In this document: one piece after another, positions 27,928-37,615 of the stretch | How positions within the stretch are numbered: position 1 is the first letter of the stretch | Layout of the letters: the number at the start of each line of letters is the position of its first letter | NCBI RefSeq assembly: GCF_000422585.1 | Contig: NZ_KE383880.1 | Location: forward strand, 1 to 64,000 | Reading direction: 5' to 3' | DNA from: Hugenholtzia roseola DSM 9546 | Lineage (GTDB): Bacteria; Bacteroidota; Bacteroidia; Cytophagales; Bernardetiaceae | Length of the DNA: 64,000 nt | The notes under the pieces: model-generated | The model's input: only the letters and a program-made list of their open reading frames with translations | Databases searched by the model: none | Told to the model about the DNA's origin: nothing | Translations under genes and position numbers: made by a program

Positions 27928-29616
27928 CTACTGAAAAACCTTTGTGAAGTCAAATTTTTGTCCATCAAAAAGCCCTTTGTCGCTCATTTTCAGATAGGGA
28001 ATAACCAAAAGTGCCATAAAAGAAAGGGTCATGAAGGGTGCACGTAAAGGCGGGTGACAAAGATTTTTAGCATACGTATCGATTTGTGTGTATGCCTGCG
28101 CTACCGATAAGCCATCTTTATCCGACATCAAACCTGCAATAGGCAAAGGCAATACCTGCGGCTTTTCAAAAGGTGAAACGGCTGCAATGCCCCCCTGCGT
28201 TTCTATCAGCAAATTGATAACCTCTGCCAAACTTTCGTCGCTTGTCCCGACGGCGATAAGATTGTGCGAATCGTGTGCGACAGTGGAAGCGATTGCCCCT
28301 TTTTTCAGACCAAAATTCTTGACATAGCCTATCGCAATCGGCGCATCTTCTACATAACGGTTCAAGACCACTATTTTGAGAATGTCCTCAAAAAGTATTG
28401 CCTCGAAGTTATCGCCATTTTTCAAGCCCGTCATTTGTCTTATTTTTTTCATTTTATAGACCAAACTGCGCGTAATCAGCTCGCCATCAAGGACTTCAAT
28501 TACCTGCAAGCGGCGCACCCATTTCGGAATAGGAAAGGCAAAATCTTCTGCTTTTCTTTTTCGGGCTTTAAAAGAATTAAGTTGGGAAACAACCTCCTTT
28601 TCCAGCGGTTTGGCATTTAGAAAGGTCTCTTTTTGGGCTTTGTCATAGACCAAATTGCCTTCGATATAAGTCTGCAAGACTTCAAAGTTTTCCAAATCCT
28701 CGACGATAATAAAATCCGCCGCCTTTCCTACCTCCAAGCCGCCTACAGATAAGCCATAATGCGCAATCGGATTCAGACAAGCTACCTGCAAGACCTTAAA
28801 CAAATCGAGTCCCTTTTTTACGGCACGGCTCACTAATTGATTGATATGTCCAAGGGCTAAATCGTCGGGGTGTTTATCGTCCGAACAGAACATCATATTG
28901 GGATAGTGCGCGTCTAAAAGTCCGATAAGGGCTTCAAAATTTTTAGCCGCGCTTCCTTCGCGTATCAAGATTTTCATACCCAAAGCCAACTTTTCGGCTG
29001 CCTCCTCCTCTGTAAAGGCTTCGTGGTCGGTATAAATGCCTGCCTCTATGTATTTTTTCAAATCCGCGCCGCGCAAGGCAGGGGCATGCCCATCTACGGG
29101 TTTTCCCAAACGGTGTGCCTGCTCTATTTTCGCCATCACCTCTGGTTGGCGGGCAATGACGGCAGGGAAATTCATCATTTCAGCCAAATACAAAACTTCG
29201 GGCAGGGCTAATAATTGGGCTACTTCTTCTACTCCCAAAGTCGCGCCTGCGGTTTCGAAGGGCGTGGCAGGCACACAACTGGGCGCACCGAAGTAGAATT
29301 TTAAAGGCGTTTGTTTGGCGTTTTCTATCATAAAAAGCACCCCTTTGATGCCCAAGACGTTGGCTATCTCGTGTGGGTCGGAAACGGTCGCGACAGTGCC
29401 TTGTGCCAAAGCCAAGGGCGCAAAACTGCTCGGCACTAACATCGAACTTTCTATATGCACGTGTGCATCTATAAAGCCAGAGAGGGCAAAATGTGCCACT
29501 CGCGCCTCTTTTTCAAGTGGCTTCAAAGCGGCAATCTTTCCGTTTTCTATCAGAATTTCAACGGGGTAGATGCGCTTTTCCGCAATATTTACTAAGTTTG
29601 TGCGTATTGTAGTCAT
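27928..29616 (-). CDS. ade: adenine deaminase
   Basis: Amidohydrolase motifs (FIDAHVHIESS, DPHEIAN) and adenine-deaminase-family length of 562 aa. Confidence 0.8.
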   Translation of the reverse strand: MTTIRTNLVNIAEKRIYPVEILIENGKIAALKPLEKEARVAHFALSGFIDAHVHIESSMLVPSSFAPLALAQGTVATVSDPHEIANVLGIKGVLFMIENAKQTPLKFYFGAPSCVPATPFETAGATLGVEEVAQLLALPEVLYLAEMMNFPAVIARQPEVMAKIEQAHRLGKPVDGHAPALRGADLKKYIEAGIYTDHEAFTEEEAAEKLALGMKILIREGSAAKNFEALIGLLDAHYPNMMFCSDDKHPDDLALGHINQLVSRAVKKGLDLFKVLQVACLNPIAHYGLSVGGLEVGKAADFIIVEDLENFEVLQTYIEGNLVYDKAQKETFLNAKPLEKEVVSQLNSFKARKRKAEDFAFPIPKWVRRLQVIEVLDGELITRSLVYKMKKIRQMTGLKNGDNFEAILFEDILKIVVLNRYVEDAPIAIGYVKNFGLKKGAIASTVAHDSHNLIAVGTSDESLAEVINLLIETQGGIAAVSPFEKPQVLPLPIAGLMSDKDGLSVAQAYTQIDTYAKNLCHPPLRAPFMTLSFMALLVIPYLKMSDKGLFDGQKFDFTKVFQ

Positions 29617-29719
29617 AGGGCTTTTAAAAAAAGTGAGCAGCCGTAGTTTCTACGCGCTCGGATAAAGGTCATAGACAAAAGTAACATAAAAAATTGTACC
29701 TCAAAAATCTTACAAACTC

Positions 29720-29896
29720 ATGAAATTTCGCCTCATCGCGCTTCTAATTTGTGTCCTTGCTTTTTTTAGCTTCGAATCTTGTATTCACGCGCCGCGTCAG
29801 GCTTGGACACCCAAAAATGACAAAGTAAAATTGGCACGCTCAAAGCCTAAAAATCCGAAAGAAGAGAAGAAGATTCATCACGTAAAGGCTTGGTAG
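29720..29896 (+). pseudogene. mini-lipoprotein paralogue 1, frameshifted at a T7 homopolymer (29761..29767). The ATG at 29719 gives MKFRLIALLICVLAFF then a stop; the +1 frame continues SFESCIHAPRQAWTPK...KAW. With T6 instead of T7 the reading frame would be intact.
   Basis: Hand translation of both frames. Paralogues 2 and 3 are intact. Confidence 0.5.
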
Positions 29897-29952
29897 CAAT
29901 CCCTATTTTGGCACTACTTTTGTCTATTCTATCTTAAAAAAATACTAATTCC

Positions 29953-30102
29953 GATGAAAAAAATACGTTCCCACGCCTCTAAATGGGTGCTTTTTCTCCT
30001 ATTCCTTTGGTTTGGCAGCCTTGTGAGCAGTTGTATTCACTCGCCCAAGCAGCCTTGGACACCCAAATACAAGAGCTATAAACAATCTAAAAAGAAAAAA
30101 TA
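29953..30102 (+). CDS. mini-lipoprotein paralogue 2 (49 aa; below the size cut-off of the ORF track)
   Basis: MKKIRSHASKWVLFLLFLWFGSLVSSCIHSPKQPWTPKYK..., a signal peptide plus Cys with a Lys-rich tail. It shares the SCIH(A/S)P(R/K)QxWTPK motif with paralogue 1. Confidence 0.55.
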
Positions 30103-30132
30103 GACCTCTCTCTTTTTCACCAAGTTTATTTC

Positions 30133-30309
30133 ATGATGCGATTGCTGCCCCAATTTTTCACGTTCCGATTGGCACGCCTACTGTGTTTGGTAGGACTCTT
30201 GCTGCTCCCTTTGTTTCTTGTATCCTGTCAGAGCCACAAGCCCAAATACGGAAAAGGCAAGACCATGAAGCGTGGAAAGGCGATTCCTTGCCCGATGAAA
30301 GACTGTTAG
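30133..30309 (+). CDS. mini-lipoprotein paralogue 3 (58 aa)
   Basis: MMRLLPQFFTFRLARLLCLVGLLLLPLFLVSCQSHKPKYGKGK..., a signal peptide plus Cys with a basic tail. Confidence 0.5.
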   Translation: MMRLLPQFFTFRLARLLCLVGLLLLPLFLVSCQSHKPKYGKGKTMKRGKAIPCPMKDC

Positions 30310-30414
30310 GGTTTGAAGTGGTTTAGAAAACAAGCAAATAACTAACAGTTATTTGAAAACTGTTAGTTATGATAACTCATTTTTTCGCCGTTGTCTTTGC
30401 ACATAGGCAAGATA

Positions 30415-31140
30415 CTATCTACATTTTTGTATATAAACCACCTTTATTTCTTTATTTTCTACACTATCCATATAAATTTCGTTTTCATTCGTTTCGTCAG
30501 TAGGAACATTGAAAAAATTATCCCTATTAAAACTTACATAAGTTGTTTTTTTGTTTTCGCTTGTTTTATTTTTTTGCACAATTTTAGGCACTACCGTATC
30601 AAATAGGGTTATGATTGTATCTAAATCTTGAACAGTATACTTATAACCGTACTCTAACACAGGAAAAGCACCCAAAGAAATGTGCCTGAAACACTCCTCT
30701 TTATTTTCAGGGTTTTCAAAGAAAAAATGTATTTCTGGAACGTACCCTTTTTTGTAAAAATCAATTCCCCTTGAAGAATTATGATAAATCACATGAATAT
30801 AAAAGTCATTTTTCTTGTAAATATTTGTTACTTTTAAAGAGTCTATTTTTTTACCCATTTTTATTTCATTTTTACTTATTTTGGGATATCGAGGAGGAAT
30901 AACTGTATGAAGACTTCGCATATCTATTACTGTATTTCTATTGTTTGTTATTTGAAAATTAGAGTTTTCATTGTGTACGCTTTTTATTTCCCAATGCGGA
31001 GGCATTTTAAAAGAAAAGTAAGGATGCTCGATATGACACCAGTTGTCTGTATTGATGTTTTGAATGTTTAGATTTTGTTCTTCTGCTGAATTGCAGGCAG
31101 TTAGGAGTATTACGATAAATAATACAATATTTTTTTTCAT
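30415..31140 (-). CDS. hypothetical lipoprotein in a strongly AT-rich islet
   Basis: N-terminal MKKNIVLFIVILLTAC lipobox. Its composition is clearly lower in GC than the flanks. Confidence 0.55.
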   Translation of the reverse strand: MKKNIVLFIVILLTACNSAEEQNLNIQNINTDNWCHIEHPYFSFKMPPHWEIKSVHNENSNFQITNNRNTVIDMRSLHTVIPPRYPKISKNEIKMGKKIDSLKVTNIYKKNDFYIHVIYHNSSRGIDFYKKGYVPEIHFFFENPENKEECFRHISLGAFPVLEYGYKYTVQDLDTIITLFDTVVPKIVQKNKTSENKKTTYVSFNRDNFFNVPTDETNENEIYMDSVENKEIKVVYIQKCR

Positions 31141-31342
31141 TTTTTTTCATTTTCCATGAAGTTGTCATAACAATTTTTGGCTTATCCTTTCTACCCTACA
31201 AAGATAAAAAATTATCTTGAAAATGCTTGTGTTTTGAGTGCTTTTTTTGAGATTTATTTTATGCCTGTGTAATACAGGCAAGGGCAAGCAGTAGCCACTA
31301 ATTTAAGCGTATAAATAAAAAAGAAAACAGCAAACTCTTTTT

Positions 31343-31954
31343 CTACGCCATCGAGGAAGCGATTAAAATTTGATGCAAAGCCGCCACTTGCGCCTTGATG
31401 TCTGCCCAAGGGCTGTTATCGAGATGATAGGTTGCCAACTTTTCTTTCTCTGCATCAGGCATCTGCTTGGCGATGATGGCTAAAATCTGCTCCCTTGTTC
31501 GATGGGGGTCTCTTTTCTGCACACGCTCAAGGCGCGTTTCGAGCGGCGCACTTACCAAAATGGTTGCATCTAATTGTAAATACGACCCTGTTTCGAAAAG
31601 CAATGCAGCCTCCTTCAAAACATAGGGCGCAGCCTTTTGTGAAGCCACCCAAGCGGCATAGTCGCGTGCGACGGCAGGGTGTACCAAATTCTCTAATTGT
31701 TTTATTTTTGAAGTCTGATTGAAAACTACTTCGGCTAAGTAGGCGCGATTGAGCTTTCCCTCGTCGATGTAAGATTTTGAGCCAAAAAGAGAAATTATAG
31801 CCGCCTTCAAGTCTGAATCTTCTTCCATCACCTGATGAGCGCGTTTATCGGCTTCGTAAATAGGTATCTGATAGGCAGCAAAAAGTTGGCATACATAACT
31901 TTTACCACTACCAATACCGCCCGTAATGCCAATTTGTCGTGGCTTTGTCTTCAT
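31343..31954 (-). CDS. coaE: dephospho-CoA kinase
   Basis: P-loop GITGGIGSGKS and CoaE family length. Confidence 0.85.
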   Translation of the reverse strand: MKTKPRQIGITGGIGSGKSYVCQLFAAYQIPIYEADKRAHQVMEEDSDLKAAIISLFGSKSYIDEGKLNRAYLAEVVFNQTSKIKQLENLVHPAVARDYAAWVASQKAAPYVLKEAALLFETGSYLQLDATILVSAPLETRLERVQKRDPHRTREQILAIIAKQMPDAEKEKLATYHLDNSPWADIKAQVAALHQILIASSMA

Positions 31955-32407
31955 AAAAACAATGGGGATAGAAAAGGAATTGAAAAATAGAATTTTGAAG
32001 GGCTTTCCTACAAAAGTAAGGAAAATATTTCTTTTTTTCCAAACTTCGAAAACTTTTTTAGCAGGCTACAAAAATGACCAAAGGTCAGTTTCTTTCTGAT
32101 GGTTTTTTGTGCATTTGAAACCTGCATTTGCAAAACATGTTCAAATAGGATTTTTTTTAGGATAAGATAGACAAAAAATAGATTTTAGATTTTTTATGAA
32201 AACAATATAAACTACTGCCTTTTTGCGTTTTTTCGGAATAAAATTCTAAAAAAACGAATTTGAAGGCATACAAAAAGAGTATTCACGATTTTTTAACACA
32301 GAAAACCAAATTAGGATAGTGGGCTTAGTGCCTGATTTTCAAGGTATAAGGTTTGGAGTTGTGTTTTTTTTCCTAATTTTGCACCCATTCACCAACAAGT
32401 TCTTTGA

Positions 32408-33169
32408 ATGGATACATTTCACAAGCGACTTCTTTTGCCTACTCTGTTGCTCTGTCTATGCGTTTTTGGTGCTTTCCAAAGTCCTAATTGGGCAGAAGTT
32501 CGTTCTGCTTTGCACCAAACCTTTACGCCCGATTCGCTTTTAGCAGATACCCTATCTGAAAGCGAAGCCCTTGCAACAGCCAGCGAAGAAGCACAGTTTT
32601 CGTGGGAGGATTTGAAAGATTATATTCGCGCCCATGAAACGCTGCTTACCAAACCGCGTGCTTGTTCGGGCGGTTATATGAGTATCGGCTACGGACATGT
32701 GCTAACGGCAAAAGACAAAGCCCTTTACAAAGGGATTACAGCCGCACAAGCCGACTCACTCTTGGAGCATGACCTTGGCTTGGCTCGCTCTTGGGTAGAA
32801 AGTCAGTTAGACCTTGCCCCACAGGAGCTAATGGCAATCACACACTTTTGTTATGCCTTTGGTTCGAGCAAATTGCGCAAGAGTACCTTGTTTCAGAAGC
32901 TCAAAAATGGAGAGCCAATAGAGCAAGAGTTAGCCCGTTGGGTGCATGTCAATGGACGACCCAATGCGTATTTGAAAAAACAACGCGAATTTGAGGCGAA
33001 TCTCTTTTATGGGCGTATGCCCAAGCCGCTGCGCCCTGTCGAGCCTTTGCTTGATGAGCAGGACGGTATGCAAGAAGAGCAGACCCAAAGCCAAGCAGCT
33101 GCCGAAGACACAGAAAAGGCAGACTCGCTGGAAACGACGCAAGCACAAATGCTTGACAACAAGCACTAA
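32408..33169 (+). CDS. secreted lysozyme-like glycoside hydrolase (GH24/T4-lysozyme-like motif E-x8-GGYMSIGYGH)
   Basis: Signal peptide. The catalytic-region motif resembles phage-type lysozymes. The C-terminal acidic/Gln-rich tail looks disordered. Confidence 0.5.
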   Translation: MDTFHKRLLLPTLLLCLCVFGAFQSPNWAEVRSALHQTFTPDSLLADTLSESEALATASEEAQFSWEDLKDYIRAHETLLTKPRACSGGYMSIGYGHVLTAKDKALYKGITAAQADSLLEHDLGLARSWVESQLDLAPQELMAITHFCYAFGSSKLRKSTLFQKLKNGEPIEQELARWVHVNGRPNAYLKKQREFEANLFYGRMPKPLRPVEPLLDEQDGMQEEQTQSQAAAEDTEKADSLETTQAQMLDNKH

Positions 33170-33272
33170 TAGCCCTTCGCTCTACAACGAAAAAGCGAAG
33201 CAGAGGCACAAAAAAGGTGCGATACAAGTAGATTTTTAGTTTAGAAAGGGCTTTTCCAAATTGCCCACCCAC

Positions 33273-33308
33273 TGCCTCTTTTTTCGGAAAGAGGCAGTTT
33301 TTTTGTGT
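33273..33308 (+). terminator. intrinsic terminator (ACTGCCTCTTTT ttcg GAAAGAGGCAGT followed by T7)
   Basis: Read directly. It lies downstream of the lysozyme-like gene. Confidence 0.65.
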
Positions 33309-33994
33309 TCCAAATTTATGCCGCCTTGAAAATAAAAATAAAAAAGACCCGATTTGCCTAACAAGTGTAAGTTTTTTCGAATTTCTGCCAAAAAAATTGC
33401 GTATCAAGAAGGGAAATCGTATCTTTGTGGCACAGTTTTCTATCTAAAAAGCCAAAAGACGCATCTTTGCCTTTATAGGCTACCCTTGTACCTTTTCGAG
33501 GTTGTGATTTGCCACATGACGGCTTTTTAGAAGCAATCTGAACCTTAGAAAAAAAACTTGCTACCACCTTTTTGCTTTACTTCAAAAAAAATAGAGATAA
33601 AATGGCGTGGTGCTGCCCCCTAACTTGACAATTACAAGATTAGGTCTTATCTTGTGTAGCGTTTTGGGCGGAAGGTCTGATTTGAGCGTCTTTGCGCCTC
33701 TCTTCTCTCGATAAGCCGCTGCCCAAAGTCTTTATCTTTTCACACGCAATCTTGTTGTATCTGAAACGCTATTATTCTTTTATTCTTTCATCTGCTATTC
33801 CCTCATCTGTTATTCTCTTTTATACCATTTCCTCTTCGCCTCTTTTTTGCAAGTAGAGAGCCGCTAAAAAGCCCCCAAACTATTGGGATATGTTGCAATT
33901 TCTCTATTTGTTTTGGATACAAAGGGCAACTACCTTCTCTTGGTTTCGTCCTTTTATCCCCAATCTTTTTCATTCACAAAAAAGCCAAAACAAT

Positions 33995-35335
33995 ATGAAC
34001 TGGAAAATATGCCTTCTTTTACCTCTCCTAAGCCTTTCCTTTTCGGTGTTTGCGCAAACTGCCTTAGACGACTTTGTAAAAGGTAAGAACCTCCGCAGCC
34101 AAAGGCAGTATAAACAAGCCATCGAGCAATTTGACATCGCCATCTCAAAAGATGCCTCCGTTCCCAACTATCATTACGAAAAGGCACTCTGCCACATGAT
34201 GATGCAGCAGGGCGACCAAGCTATCGCAAGTTTCGAAAAGACGGTTGCTTTGAAACCCGACTATGTAGATGCTCATTCGCGTTTGGCTGTTCTTTACAAA
34301 AAAAATAAGCAATACGACCAAGCCATCGTCGCCTACGACAACGCCTACAAGCACGAAACTGATGCCAATAAGCGACTTTCTTACAAGCTCAATATCATCA
34401 CCATTTTGGCACGCAACCGCAAAATTCAGGAAGCAGGGCAGCATATCGCTGATGCTAAAAAAATTGCGCCCGAAGATTTGCAGGTCTTGTATTTTGATGC
34501 TAAATACAATAACACCGTCAATAAGTACGAGGAGGCTAAAAATAGCGCACTCAAAGCCGTAGGCAAACTGACCAGCGACGCACCACAGGACATCGCACGC
34601 TATTATTTCGAATTGGGATATGCCTATCACTACTTAGCCAAGTATGACGAAAAAGAAGAAGCCTTCAAAAAAGCACAATGGGGACCTTATGTAAAGCCTA
34701 TCATCGAGCTTTCGCCCCAGTTCTATCACGCCATTGCCCTTTCTTATTTCAAAATCTATGAAATGGACAAAAGCAAGGAATTGGTAGAAACGGCATTGAA
34801 GATGCGCAAAGACTTCCCACAAGCACACGACCTTTTGGTGAAAATTGCCTCCTCTTCTACTGATAAATCTGCCGTTATTGAACACCAAAAAACGGCGATT
34901 CAGACCGAACCCAACGCCATCAAACGCGCCTACAAGTTTGCAGACTTAGCAGAATTAGAGCTTGAATCAGGACGCTATGAAGATGCCATCAAGTCGGCAG
35001 ACGAATGTTTGCAACAGCAGCCTAAAAACTATGCCGTTGTCTTTATCAAAGCCATTGCCCAGCACAAGCTCAAAAATACGGCGCAGTCTATCAAAACCTT
35101 AGACGAACTCTTGCAGTTTCCCGGCATCGACCCCGAAACAAAGGCGCAGTACAACTTTGCAATGGGCGTTTTCTTCGAGAAAATCAACGAGAAAGACAAA
35201 GCCTTAGAAGCCTACAAACGCGCCGTATATGGCACTTATAAATACGCTTCTTTGCAGCAAATAGACCGCCTCAAGCCCGCAGACCAGCCAGACGAAACAA
35301 CACCTGACACCAAAGATGCGGTAGGTGAAGAATAG
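33995..35335 (+). CDS. secreted tetratricopeptide-repeat protein
   Basis: Signal peptide MNWKICLLLPLLSLSFSVFA and repeated TPR-like A/Y/L spacing. Track ORF from 33890. Confidence 0.6.
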   Translation: MNWKICLLLPLLSLSFSVFAQTALDDFVKGKNLRSQRQYKQAIEQFDIAISKDASVPNYHYEKALCHMMMQQGDQAIASFEKTVALKPDYVDAHSRLAVLYKKNKQYDQAIVAYDNAYKHETDANKRLSYKLNIITILARNRKIQEAGQHIADAKKIAPEDLQVLYFDAKYNNTVNKYEEAKNSALKAVGKLTSDAPQDIARYYFELGYAYHYLAKYDEKEEAFKKAQWGPYVKPIIELSPQFYHAIALSYFKIYEMDKSKELVETALKMRKDFPQAHDLLVKIASSSTDKSAVIEHQKTAIQTEPNAIKRAYKFADLAELELESGRYEDAIKSADECLQQQPKNYAVVFIKAIAQHKLKNTAQSIKTLDELLQFPGIDPETKAQYNFAMGVFFEKINEKDKALEAYKRAVYGTYKYASLQQIDRLKPADQPDETTPDTKDAVGEE

Positions 35336-35427
35336 GTCATAGGTCAAGAATAAGCGAGGAATAGGTCAGAAAAAACGCCTTGAACCTCTCCTTATTCCTA
35401 CCCTTTCACAGTTTTGCTTAGAATTTG

Positions 35428-35466
35428 AATCTCCAAAACGCTTGCAACTAAATACTGCAAGCGTTT
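35428..35466 (+). terminator. intrinsic terminator (AAACGCTTGCA ... TGCAAGCGTTT followed by T7)
   Basis: Read directly. Confidence 0.65.
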
Positions 35467-35562
35467 TTTTGTTCGAATTGGCTCGCCGACTTGTTTTTTC
35501 GTTTTTTTTCGTATCTTTTGCTTTCAAATTAAAATAGCTCACCTTTTTTATCTCCCTGCCAC

Positions 35563-36888
35563 ATGCTGGACGCAAATCTGCCTGCTGCCCCTAAAAATCA
35601 ACCCAAAGTTTTGAACGCTTGGGCTTCTTTTGATTGGGCAAATTCGGTTTATAATTTGGTGATTACCACTACCATTTTTCCCATTTTCTTCAACCAAGCC
35701 TCGCGTGCTGCCTATGGTAGTGACGTAGTTTCCTTTTTTGGCTTTTCGGTAGAAAATACCGTCTTGTACTCTTACGCGCTTTCGGTAGCCTATCTTTTCA
35801 TTACCTTGCTTTCGCCCTTTCTTTCAGGCATTGCCGATTATGGCGGCAAGAAGAAGTTTTTTATGCAGTTTTTCACCTATTTAGGTGCGTTTTCTTGTAT
35901 GATTTTGTTTTTCTTCAAAGGTAGCAATGTCGAGCTTGCAATTATTTCAGCCGCCCTTGCCAGCATTGGCTATGCAGGAGGCATGGTCTTTTACAATGCC
36001 TTTTTACCAGAAATTGCAACCGAAGACCGCTATGATAGCGTCAGTGCGCGTGGCTTTGCGATGGGCTATATCGGGAGTGTGATTTTGCAAATCGTCAATA
36101 TTTTAATGGTGGAAAAGCCCGAATGGTTTGGCATAGAAGATGCTGCTATGGGTGCGCGTTATTCCTTTCTGACAGTAGGCGTTTGGTGGCTTGTTTTTTC
36201 TCAAATTGCCTTTTTCTACCTACGCGACACGCGCCACACCTTAGAAAGTTTGGGCAGCGTCGCCAAAAGAGGCATAGAAGAACTCAAAGAAGTAGGGCGG
36301 CTTATTTTGAAGATGCCACGCCTATTGCGCTTTCTTATCGCCTTTTCTTTCTACAACATGGGCGTGCAAACAGTGATGTTTATGGCTTCGCTTTTTGGTG
36401 AGAAAGAGCTACAACTACCTACTTCCGAGCTTATCGGGATTATTTTGGTGATACAATTAGTGGCGGCGATTGGTGCTTTTGTGTTTTCTAAAATTTCGGC
36501 ACGTTTTGGCAACTTATCCGCCCTTCTGATAATGGTCGTGATGTGGATAGGCATCTGTGTAGCCGCTTATTTTGTGCGCAAAGGCACGTATGATTTCCAC
36601 ATCTTGGCAATATGGGTCGGGCTGATTATGGGGGGCATACAATCCCTTTCGCGCTCTACATTTTCTAAGTATTTACCCGAAGATACGGCAAATACCGCTT
36701 CTTTTTTTAGCTTTTTCAACATTGCCGAAAGATTTTCTACCTCCTTGGGCATGCTTGCCTACGGACTCATCGAGCAACTTACAGGCAATATGCGCAACTC
36801 CGCTATCGGTTTGATGCTCTTTTTCTTGGTCGGATTGGTCGCTTTGTGGAGCTTGCGAAAGGTAAGCCGCGAGGGAAGTCCGCAATAA
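35563..36888 (+). CDS. MFS-family transporter
   Basis: About 12 hydrophobic segments, 441 aa, MFS-like loop motifs. Confidence 0.65.
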   Translation: MLDANLPAAPKNQPKVLNAWASFDWANSVYNLVITTTIFPIFFNQASRAAYGSDVVSFFGFSVENTVLYSYALSVAYLFITLLSPFLSGIADYGGKKKFFMQFFTYLGAFSCMILFFFKGSNVELAIISAALASIGYAGGMVFYNAFLPEIATEDRYDSVSARGFAMGYIGSVILQIVNILMVEKPEWFGIEDAAMGARYSFLTVGVWWLVFSQIAFFYLRDTRHTLESLGSVAKRGIEELKEVGRLILKMPRLLRFLIAFSFYNMGVQTVMFMASLFGEKELQLPTSELIGIILVIQLVAAIGAFVFSKISARFGNLSALLIMVVMWIGICVAAYFVRKGTYDFHILAIWVGLIMGGIQSLSRSTFSKYLPEDTANTASFFSFFNIAERFSTSLGMLAYGLIEQLTGNMRNSAIGLMLFFLVGLVALWSLRKVSREGSPQ

Positions 36889-37134
36889 GCCTTTTAGCAG
36901 ACCAAACAATACCAAACGCAAACGCTTCTTTTTCAGACCTTTAATAGCCAGACTTGCTTTTTTTTGAAAAAAAACGGAAAATAAGTTTGGAGGGTTGAAA
37001 AAAAAAGCCTACCTTTGTATCGCTTTCTAACGGAAGCAAGCGCACTACACTTGTAACTCTATACTGATTGTTAGCACTTCACAGTTCGACAATTTCGTCA
37101 AAACTGGTTCTAACGCATCAGGTTTGACACAAAA

Positions 37135-37205
37135 GGTTACGTGGCCGAGTGGCTAGGCAAGGCTCTGCAAAAGCCTGTACAGCGGTTCGAATCCGCTCGT
37201 AACCT
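37135..37205 (+). tRNA. tRNA-Cys (anticodon GCA)
   Basis: Acceptor GGTTACG/CGTAACC, anticodon stem AGGCT/AGCCT with loop CTGCAAA, T-arm AGCGG TTCGAAT CCGCT. Confidence 0.8.
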
Positions 37206-37227
37206 CTTGTTTTCATAAGCATAGATT

Positions 37228-37258
37228 AAGACACCTGCTTTTTAGTAGGTGTTTTTTT
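37228..37258 (+). terminator. intrinsic terminator after tRNA-Cys (ACACCT gctttttagt AGGTGT followed by T8)
   Basis: Read directly. Confidence 0.6.
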
Positions 37259-37615
37259 TGTGAAAAATAAAAAAAGTAGGCGAAAGTCCCGTTTTGAGTC
37301 TGAAAACCCTTTTTATTTCAATTTCACTACATTGTAGCGTGAAGCTCCAGCTTCGCGCGTTTGATTGCAGCAAAGTAATATTAAGTTCTGTGGAAAATCT
37401 TACATTTTAAATTTTAAACAAAATAAGATTTGGCAAAAGTCCCGTTTTGAGTCAAGGCAATACCTTGTCCCTACATTTTCCTTTTTTTTAGCATTTAACT
37501 TAACATCATTGGAATTTGGGTGGGTTGCGTTTCAGACTTTTGCAACAAAGCCAAACGCAACCCCTTTGATACCACAAAACTTATTTAGAAAGGCTATTTT
37601 ATCGTACCTAAAAAA

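Noticed and set aside
29620-29718. Possible purine riboswitch in the ade 5' region (AGUUUCUAC ... CAUAGAC on the plus strand).
   Set aside because: Only the GUUUCUAC element matches the guanine/adenine riboswitch core. The UAUGG loop and CCGUAAAU loop are absent. The match also lies on the strand opposite to the adenine deaminase gene, so it is most likely chance.
32300-33400. Prophage remnant suggested by the lysozyme-like gene.
   Set aside because: No integrase, terminase, capsid, tail or holin genes nearby. The neighbours are coaE and a TPR protein. The gene has a Sec signal peptide, which is atypical for canonical endolysins.
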